A DNA stretch of 64,000 bases. Source: an uncultured bacterium. Lineage in GTDB: Bacteria; Patescibacteriota; Minisyncoccia; Phycocordibacterales; Phycocordibacteraceae. Location of the stretch: the NCBI GenBank assembly GCA_963851445.1, contig CAWKPH010000001.1, forward strand, positions 159,943 through 223,942. The letters are read 5' to 3'. Shown here piece by piece: positions 57,711 to 64,000 of the stretch. How positions within the stretch are numbered: position 1 is the first letter of the stretch; the number at the start of each line of letters is the position of its first letter. The notes under the pieces are model-generated. The model was not told where the DNA came from, ran no database searches, and saw nothing but the letters and a program-made list of their open reading frames with translations. The position numbers and the translations under genes are program-made.

Positions 57711-59702
57711 ATGCGCACTATTTTTGAAAAGAACCGTAAAATTATCATAATTGGATCAGCAGGCATTCTTTCTGTAGCCTTTATACTCCTTGGCACTCCA
57801 GGAACGGTAATGCAAGCGAAAGCAGCTGGCACTGATACCAATGACGTGCAGTACACGACATTCCTTGATTACACACCTACCGATGTACTCCTCGAGGAGG
57901 CGGGGTTTGCTGCAAGTACAACGTACGACTGTTCTATCGCTACGCTTAACTGCTCTGCGGTTACAAGCTCAACAATCAGCCTCACTCCTACCGCGCTTTC
58001 AAACAACAGCACAGCACAGATAAGTCCCGACAAAACAGAAGCACTGGTGCCAACCTATACTCCTGGCGTTTCTCCAACGGAAACTCTTTATACAATTCAA
58101 GGAAACTCACTTATCTCACGAGCAACGCTTCCAGCAATTAACGGGCTTGTCACGAGCGTACAGTGGTCAAGCGATGATAATGTGCTCCTCCTTACGGAAA
58201 GCGATGGAGTTGTCCAGAAATATAACGCTACCACCGACACGCTCACGACACTTACCGCAATTCCCGAAGGAGTAAATTGGACGACACTATCTCCTAACGG
58301 AGAGTACCTCGCCTATTATATTGATGCGACTGTCTCGAGTGGGGTGCGCACCTATGGAATAGTTAATACGGATACTGATACGAATTACTCAATGAGTGAA
58401 AACGTCAGCTACTGGGATCTTCTTTCTGAAGGAGTACGTATATTCGCCTTCTCTCCTGACAGCACGAAGCTCCTCTATCTCGATGACCGAAGCGGCTACC
58501 AAACGCTCTATGAAGTAGACCTTTCGCAACTTGCTAGTGCGACTCCGACACCGGTGGCTACACTCTATGCTTCTCCATCTGTACCAATTGCAAACGCCGT
58601 ACTCATGGGTACGCCAATCACCACAAAGCCATATTCCATGGAGGATGTCGTTTGGGAAAACGATTCTACGATTCTCTTCAGCGCAAATCGCAGCAACCCA
58701 ATGATTTGGTCGCTCTATGAGTACAATCTCGATACCTACACACTCACAAAGGTAGATAATTTTATCGCCTATAACCAGGCGATGGAGTTAGATGGTAATA
58801 ATGTCATCTTCCAGACTGCCGACGCTAACGGTCGTATGACACACCTGTACAACATCCTCACCAAACAGGTCTACAACTTCAACATTCCTGGTGTTGATCA
58901 GTCGAAGGTTGGTACGGCAAACACCATTGTTGAGGAGGATGGTGTATACGGCGTCTACCAACCAGTGGCAGAAGCAACAAGTACTCTTCTGGTGTGGCTT
59001 CACGGCGGCCCCGACAGGCAATCAACTCCTGACTATGATTCCTACATGAGTTACAGCGGCTATGACTGGGTACTCGACAATGTCCAAAAGGCAGGAGTAC
59101 CGGTGCTCAAGCTTGATTACCCGGGAAGTCTTGGGTATGGGACTGCGTATGCAAAAGAGGTTGTTGATGGCGTAGGTACTGTTGATGCAAGCACTACCAT
59201 GCAGGCAATCAGTGATTTTGCAGCATCTAATGGATTCAAGAATATTTATGTGATGGGTAACAGCTATGGTGGGTATCTTGCGCTCAAGCTTCTTGTTTCC
59301 TACCCAAACCAGATTGACGGCGTTTTCTCTGATTCAGGTGTTACCGATTGGCAAACACTCCTTAACAATGTACCGAGCTCAATATTCAGCGCTGACTTCA
59401 ATGGTCCTCCCGGTCCCGCAAACGCGCAGCTCTATGCAAACGCCTCCATTGTGAATAACATAGCCAACATTGGAAATCAGAAGATCTACCTCGTACAAGG
59501 AAACGTTGATACTGAAGTCCCGTACGGACAATCAGTTCTTATGAATGCAGCACTAACTGCTGCAGGAAAGAACGTCACGTACACGACGCTCCAAGGTGAA
59601 AATCATATCTACCGAAACCCTTCTTCCTACACGCTCATCTGCAATCAAACAATGAACCTCGTCGGTCTTCCCGACACCCCAATGTGCACCATGGGAAGCT
59701 AG
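57711..59702 (+). CDS. Secreted S9-family serine peptidase (prolyl oligopeptidase/dipeptidyl peptidase-like) with N-terminal beta-propeller
   Basis: Signal peptide. C-terminal alpha/beta-hydrolase with nucleophile elbow GNSYGG, Asp and His in ...GNVDTEVPYGQS... and ...GENHIY. Confidence 0.75.
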   Translation: MRTIFEKNRKIIIIGSAGILSVAFILLGTPGTVMQAKAAGTDTNDVQYTTFLDYTPTDVLLEEAGFAASTTYDCSIATLNCSAVTSSTISLTPTALSNNSTAQISPDKTEALVPTYTPGVSPTETLYTIQGNSLISRATLPAINGLVTSVQWSSDDNVLLLTESDGVVQKYNATTDTLTTLTAIPEGVNWTTLSPNGEYLAYYIDATVSSGVRTYGIVNTDTDTNYSMSENVSYWDLLSEGVRIFAFSPDSTKLLYLDDRSGYQTLYEVDLSQLASATPTPVATLYASPSVPIANAVLMGTPITTKPYSMEDVVWENDSTILFSANRSNPMIWSLYEYNLDTYTLTKVDNFIAYNQAMELDGNNVIFQTADANGRMTHLYNILTKQVYNFNIPGVDQSKVGTANTIVEEDGVYGVYQPVAEATSTLLVWLHGGPDRQSTPDYDSYMSYSGYDWVLDNVQKAGVPVLKLDYPGSLGYGTAYAKEVVDGVGTVDASTTMQAISDFAASNGFKNIYVMGNSYGGYLALKLLVSYPNQIDGVFSDSGVTDWQTLLNNVPSSIFSADFNGPPGPANAQLYANASIVNNIANIGNQKIYLVQGNVDTEVPYGQSVLMNAALTAAGKNVTYTTLQGENHIYRNPSSYTLICNQTMNLVGLPDTPMCTMGS

Positions 59703-59720
59703 CGACCTCAGGATGTTGTA

Positions 59721-60095
59721 TCAAAATGCACCGTCCTCGTTTGTTACCTTTGTAACGTCCTGCGCTATATCCCAAAACTCAACGATTTTGCCATTTGAAA
59801 ACCGGAGTAGATGAACTGCCGTAAAATCAGTGACGTCTGCCTCAAGCGTTAGATGGGAGTGGACCGCTACCAAATCTCCTTCAGCTATAACATGCTGAAT
59901 TACAAACTGTTTGTGTGGAAACTTCCCTTCTGCATCCTTCATACCATCTCGTAGTGCTGCAAGGCCTGCTGGGGTGAATATGTTGTGATGCTTACCTTTC
60001 GTGTCAACGTATTTTTCATACGCCTCGTCGATTTTACCGGCGATAACCATTTCAAGAAAATCTACCGCCGCTTTTTTGTTTTCTTCTGTTTGCAT
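59721..60095 (-). CDS. SnoaL-like/NTF2-fold protein
   Basis: 124 aa, pattern typical of ester cyclase/NTF2-like superfamily (..AAVDFLEMVIAGKIDEAYEKYV..). Confidence 0.55.
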   Translation of the reverse strand: MQTEENKKAAVDFLEMVIAGKIDEAYEKYVDTKGKHHNIFTPAGLAALRDGMKDAEGKFPHKQFVIQHVIAEGDLVAVHSHLTLEADVTDFTAVHLLRFSNGKIVEFWDIAQDVTKVTNEDGAF

Positions 60096-60176
60096 AGTGC
60101 AAGTATAACTCGCTCATGAAAATGAGTGGGTGACTTTGATACAAAAAACCAGACACCTGCCGTGCCTGGAAATACT

Positions 60177-60680
60177 TCAAAAAGGAAACGTTCCTAGTTT
60201 ATACTGGGTTCTGACCACCTTGGCTTTGGACATATCCCGCTCAATCAGTGTTAGATGTTTTGCCGCGTATCTAGTTCCAGACCTGAGTGAGCGATTCCCC
60301 GAGTTTGTGACATGCGGACGATATCCCGCACCAATCCATCGAAACTCTTTTGGCAGACTGTCGTTCTTTGCCAAGAATCTGAACAGATGATTGTGCAGGA
60401 GGACCAGCTTTACGTTTGGTTGCAAGACATGAGCCGGAATGTTTCCATTAGGCCCGAATAATTCCCGTTGTCCTGAAACTATTTCTATTTCCTTGCCGAC
60501 CTCACAGGCTGCGACAAATATTAGTTCATAGTCGAGAGCTGCAAAACTAGATTCCGCATTCAACTGAAACCAATGCATAACCGTGCAGTGTAGGGGCAAG
60601 GATGCGGCGGGTGCGTAAGAAGCGTTCTCAACCATCCTGTCGATCGGTAGTACGATTAGATATTCTTTTTCGCTAGGCAA
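60177..60680 (-). CDS. 2H phosphoesterase superfamily protein (LigT-like)
   Basis: Two H-x-T-x motifs (LHCTVM and PHVTNS) at the expected spacing. 167 aa. Confidence 0.6.
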   Translation of the reverse strand: MPSEKEYLIVLPIDRMVENASYAPAASLPLHCTVMHWFQLNAESSFAALDYELIFVAACEVGKEIEIVSGQRELFGPNGNIPAHVLQPNVKLVLLHNHLFRFLAKNDSLPKEFRWIGAGYRPHVTNSGNRSLRSGTRYAAKHLTLIERDMSKAKVVRTQYKLGTFPF

Positions 60681-60776
60681 GACGGCCTCCCGGTTTTTCT
60701 GGAGGTAGTATACATAAAATATAGTTTCTATAAATCAAGCGCAGCTCGATATGGTGTTGGACCTCTCTCATCTTAC

Positions 60777-60815
60777 GCAAACAACCACCGGCCCTTAGGG
60801 CCGGTGGTTGTTTGC
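60777..60815. other. Perfect 18-bp GC-rich hairpin (terminator or REP-like element)
   Basis: GCAAACAACCACCGGCCC-TTA-GGGCCGGTGGTTGTTTGC, immediately downstream of the minus-strand gene ending at 60836. No clear U-tract. Confidence 0.4.
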
Positions 60816-60835
60816 TCTTAAACTGGAATATTCCT

Positions 60836-61726
60836 TTAATCGTGCTTATCTTGGGGATACATATTCTTCCAGAAATCGTTACTGGTTGTACCTGTTGTTG
60901 ATGCGCTGTTCCACAAATTTCCAAATGGTTCGTGGTTAAACCAATCACCATTCGTTGTTGTTGCCGTCGTTGAGCTAAAGAAGAAATTTGGAGTTGTCGT
61001 TGAGAAGTTCGGGTTATCTCCTTCTCCTGGGGCTCCGGCATCACAATGAATGTGGTAGAAGTTACGCGAGAGTGGTCCGAAATATCCCGTTGCGGGAATA
61101 CCGTTCTGCTGCTGATAGCGTATAACTGCAATCTCTGTATCAGGTCCGAAGAATCCTGTTACGCTTCCTTGTGGGTAGATACTTGGATACTGCGCAAGGA
61201 ATTGCTGAAGTGCTGAGACATCGCTTCCGTGGTCACCTTTGAAAAGATCACGGGTAAAAATTGAGCAGCTTCTCCCGTTTCCATTGTTGTCTCCATTGTT
61301 ACCTGGGGGTGTGATCGTTGTGCCGCTACCAGACTGCGAACCCAGGAGTGCACGAAGTTGGGCCTCGAGGCTCGCAATTTCTGCTAGAAGATTGGCAACT
61401 GTTGTCGTTGGCGTCGTGGTGCCTGTGACTGTGGCTGAACAAGTGGTTGTGGCGACCGTTGACGAGGCATCAGTTACCTTGAGTGATGTCGAGTATGTTC
61501 CCGGCGCATAGGAAACGACATCGGACGTCCCGGTTGTGCCGTCACCCCACAGCAGGGTGTAAGGAGCTATACCGCCAGTAACAGAGGATGCCCAAGTGAT
61601 TTGAGTTGTCGAGGAAGAACCGGTGCATGAAGCACTGAGAGCGGGGACCGTTTGTGCAAAGGTCGCAAGCGGCGAGAGCACTAAGACTGCGAAACCTATG
61701 AGAGACGAGATTGCGAGAGTTTTCAT
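60836..61726 (-). CDS. Secreted protein with PKD-like N-terminal domain and peptidoglycan-binding (PG_binding_1) domain
   Basis: Signal peptide. DLFKGDHGSDVSALQQFLAQ...GFFGPDTEIAVIRYQQQNGIPATGYFGP matches the PG-binding repeat. The same domain type occurs in the 936-aa protein. Confidence 0.65.
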   Translation of the reverse strand: MKTLAISSLIGFAVLVLSPLATFAQTVPALSASCTGSSSTTQITWASSVTGGIAPYTLLWGDGTTGTSDVVSYAPGTYSTSLKVTDASSTVATTTCSATVTGTTTPTTTVANLLAEIASLEAQLRALLGSQSGSGTTITPPGNNGDNNGNGRSCSIFTRDLFKGDHGSDVSALQQFLAQYPSIYPQGSVTGFFGPDTEIAVIRYQQQNGIPATGYFGPLSRNFYHIHCDAGAPGEGDNPNFSTTTPNFFFSSTTATTTNGDWFNHEPFGNLWNSASTTGTTSNDFWKNMYPQDKHD

Positions 61727-61930
61727 AGCATGTATGTTGTTGGGTAATTTTCGTTATTTTTACGATACAGACGCTCGGGCGTACTCAAGTAGTATACCTT
61801 GCGTTACTCAATCAAGACGTCTAAAGGTCGCTTTCCTTACGGAGGTTAGAATTTGAGCCCTATGGAAACAGAAGATTTTACTGCAGAGACTATAGAGTAT
61901 TTGCTCAGTCACATCCCCCTCTCTCCTTTG

Positions 61931-62488
61931 CTACTGATCACTCGACTTAAATGAAGTAGATGGTCCAACTGTCGATGGTATCTGGCTAGTCGAAGTAGCT
62001 GGTACCGGAGAGGTTGATGTGGCTAGTGGTAGCTGTACGGTTGGGGGAGCGACAGGGTTGTTAGCCTGACACACGGTTATAGCAGCGCTGTAAGAGTTAG
62101 TGGCTTTTTGATCTGCACTCTTAAGTGTGGCCTGAGCAGCGGTCATGTTTTTGAGGAAGGAGGTGAAGGCTGTATTGATTCCTTTAGTCACGTTGGTCCA
62201 GGAGGATCCGGTGTAGGCAGCACTAAGAGCGATACCGCGAGCCTTATAGGCAGCATTAACCGTTTGTTCATATGCCATATTGGCCTTCACCACAGCTTGT
62301 TCACGAGCATTGATAGCAATACGACCACAGGCGATCTGTCCTGGTATCCCGTTGCCTGAGGTGAGAGCTGAAGCAACGCTTGCAGTGAGCCCTCCTAAGG
62401 GAAAGACATCGGGGAGGGTGAGGATAATGACCACAAGGACCACTCCTCCAAGAAAGCTTATGATACCAGTGATAAGGGTTTTGTTCAT
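61931..62488 (-). CDS. Membrane-anchored hypothetical protein
   Basis: N-terminal TM, then a helical Ala/Thr-rich domain and a Ser/Thr/Pro tail. 185 aa. Confidence 0.5.
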   Translation of the reverse strand: MNKTLITGIISFLGGVVLVVIILTLPDVFPLGGLTASVASALTSGNGIPGQIACGRIAINAREQAVVKANMAYEQTVNAAYKARGIALSAAYTGSSWTNVTKGINTAFTSFLKNMTAAQATLKSADQKATNSYSAAITVCQANNPVAPPTVQLPLATSTSPVPATSTSQIPSTVGPSTSFKSSDQ

Positions 62489-62513
62489 ATAGACAATAAT
62501 AAGCTTAAATTAT

Positions 62514-64000
62514 TCAAAAGTATTCCGTATAATAAATTTGATCATCAGAACCCCCTCCACCTCCAGAGTCTCCAGCAGCATCACTGGTGTCAGTGTTGTT
62601 GGTAGAAGCAGTGTCACCGGAGTTCCCCGTGTCGTTGTTGTCGTCATTACCACCCGTATCATTTCCTGCACCCGAGCCATTGTTAGAAGCTGGAACATAG
62701 AAACTCACCGTGAGGGGTATGTGCGAACCCGTAACGGCACCGGTCACTGTATAGTTAGTGTTACCCAGACTATCGGTTGTCGATGTATAGGTAACTTCAC
62801 CGCCATTGGCATCTGGACCAAGAGTCCCACTCATACTGGTGCCAGAGTCGAAATCACCAGCATCTGCAGTCCCAGCAGAAGCTCCACTTGCTTCCCCACC
62901 ACCAGTGTATGCTGAGTCGACGGGATTGCCAGTCTCTCCTGACGTGTTGCCTGATGTGGCACCTAGGGAATAGGTTGGGAGGTTGGGGTCGTTATTCGCA
63001 AAGCTAAGGAGGTAGTCGCCTTCTACTTGAGTGGAAGGCGTTACCAAGATTGGATCATCGCCAAAGTTTAAGGGTTCGTTGTCAACAACAGATCCACTTG
63101 AGATTACGCCCGTGTTGTTATTAGGTGCAGTTACGACAACCTCTGAGACGGTAGTCGGGGTGTTGTCATCAGCAGCTGTAGTGTTTGTTCCAGCGCCGTT
63201 GCTAATTGTACTCGGATCGAAAGCAAGGGAAGTTGCATTTGCTTTCATGTACGCAAGAATTGTTGCAGAATCGGTTGGAAGACCGTTTGCACTGAGCCAC
63301 TCTGCCGTCATGGCTGCCACAGCTGCTGTTCGTGGAGATGCAAATGAGCTACCAAACACAGCATCACTCGGATCCGTTGTGCCGTCCGCCTCATAGGTAG
63401 CTGAATAAGGGGTCACACCATCAGTGCCAAACAGTGGGTCGTGTAAATATGCATTAAAAGCGCCTGGGGCTGGATTATTCGGAGTTTCCAGAGCCCAAAA
63501 CGAAGCAAGTTGATTGGACAAGTTCGGATCCGGTATATTCGAACCTGGGACGTATCCTCCTGTTGCAACAACAGTAGCTCCATACAGAGCTCCATATTGG
63601 GCAAACATATTTACTTCCGACGGAGTATTTCCTGAAGGCACGAAGAGGATGGCGTCATTCGCCGCCAGCGCCAAAAACATTGCTACATCATTGGCAGTTG
63701 GAGTGGTATCTACTGGAGCATACGATAAATTTATAAACTGGGCGCCATTATTAACTGCTGCAATAATTTGAGCGTCTATAAAATCTGTATTTACCTGGCC
63801 CGTCGGAGTCGTTGCCAAACCAGTCCCAGGGTCTATTTGGCTGTTCGGAACAGCAGAGATATTCTGTACCGTGATTCCACTGCCGCACTGGCCGTTGCAC
63901 TGCGATTCAATGGCCTGGTCAACTCCATTTAAATGGGGTTGACCGAACCAATTGGCATCGATTACGAAAATGGTTTCATGTACTTGGTTCGTAGAGTCAG
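62514..64000 (-). CDS. Subtilisin-like (S8) serine peptidase, N-terminus beyond the window; low-complexity Gly/Asp/Asn/Thr-rich C-terminal tail
   Basis: Reading frame is open upstream of the track start to the window end. ...NDAILFVPSGN... (oxyanion Asn region) and GSSFASPRTAAVAAM (catalytic Ser, GTSxAxP motif). Tail NNGSGAGNDTGGNDDNNDTGNSGD... Confidence 0.7.
   Translation of the reverse strand, partial: DSTNQVHETIFVIDANWFGQPHLNGVDQAIESQCNGQCGSGITVQNISAVPNSQIDPGTGLATTPTGQVNTDFIDAQIIAAVNNGAQFINLSYAPVDTTPTANDVAMFLALAANDAILFVPSGNTPSEVNMFAQYGALYGATVVATGGYVPGSNIPDPNLSNQLASFWALETPNNPAPGAFNAYLHDPLFGTDGVTPYSATYEADGTTDPSDAVFGSSFASPRTAAVAAMTAEWLSANGLPTDSATILAYMKANATSLAFDPSTISNGAGTNTTAADDNTPTTVSEVVVTAPNNNTGVISSGSVVDNEPLNFGDDPILVTPSTQVEGDYLLSFANNDPNLPTYSLGATSGNTSGETGNPVDSAYTGGGEASGASAGTADAGDFDSGTSMSGTLGPDANGGEVTYTSTTDSLGNTNYTVTGAVTGSHIPLTVSFYVPASNNGSGAGNDTGGNDDNNDTGNSGDTASTNNTDTSDAAGDSGGGGGSDDQIYYTEYF

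Overview
This 64-kb window looks like a small-genome bacterium of the Patescibacteria/CPR type (Saccharibacteria-like). That is an inference from gene content: the ribosomal protein genes carry Lys/Ala-rich extensions, rpmD (L30) is absent between rpsE and rplO, there is a complete type IV pilus locus, and few metabolic genes are present. GC is about 50%.

Layout, in order:
1) 1-9330, minus strand: type IV pilus locus — minor pilin, pilD, major pilin with a strong terminator, pilC (two frameshifts), pilT, a stand-alone CheY-like receiver, pilB, a small membrane protein, pilO, pilN and pilM.
2) 9420-14040: tRNA-Ser(GCU), a 936-aa secreted multidomain surface protein with four tandem ~88-aa Ig/PKD-like repeats, and small secreted or membrane proteins.
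3) 14100-33030, housekeeping:
- NUDIX hydrolase, malic enzyme, recG, pyrB, a pyrD-like gene and pyrC.
- A tRNA with anticodon UAU, ftsH, smpB, and a tmRNA (ssrA) with a bidirectional terminator.
- A CYTH-domain gene, infC, rpmI, rplT, and an MBL/beta-CASP RNase.
- ndk, map, adk, and a cytidylate-kinase-family gene.
4) 33030-56580, minus strand: the spc, S10 and str ribosomal protein operons. They are interrupted at four places by non-ribosomal DNA:
- between rpsN and rplE (two orphan genes plus about 0.5 kb of GC-hairpin-rich non-coding DNA);
- between rpsS and rplB (three opposite-strand genes, including an RsiV-like DUF3298 protein);
- between rplC and rpsJ (a 1.4-kb island with a 260-bp stretch at about 68% GC and an orphan gene with a perfect Shine-Dalgarno sequence);
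- between tuf and fusA (a 467-aa repeat-containing Lys/Glu-rich protein with a C-terminal Gly-zipper membrane segment).
rpsJ, tuf and fusA carry many frameshifts while the flanking genes are intact.
5) 56670-64000: two adjacent NUDIX genes, an S9 peptidase, a SnoaL-like gene, a 2H-phosphoesterase gene, a secreted PG-binding protein, and an S8 subtilisin-like peptidase that runs off the window edge.

No CRISPR array, rRNA gene or recognisable transposase was seen.
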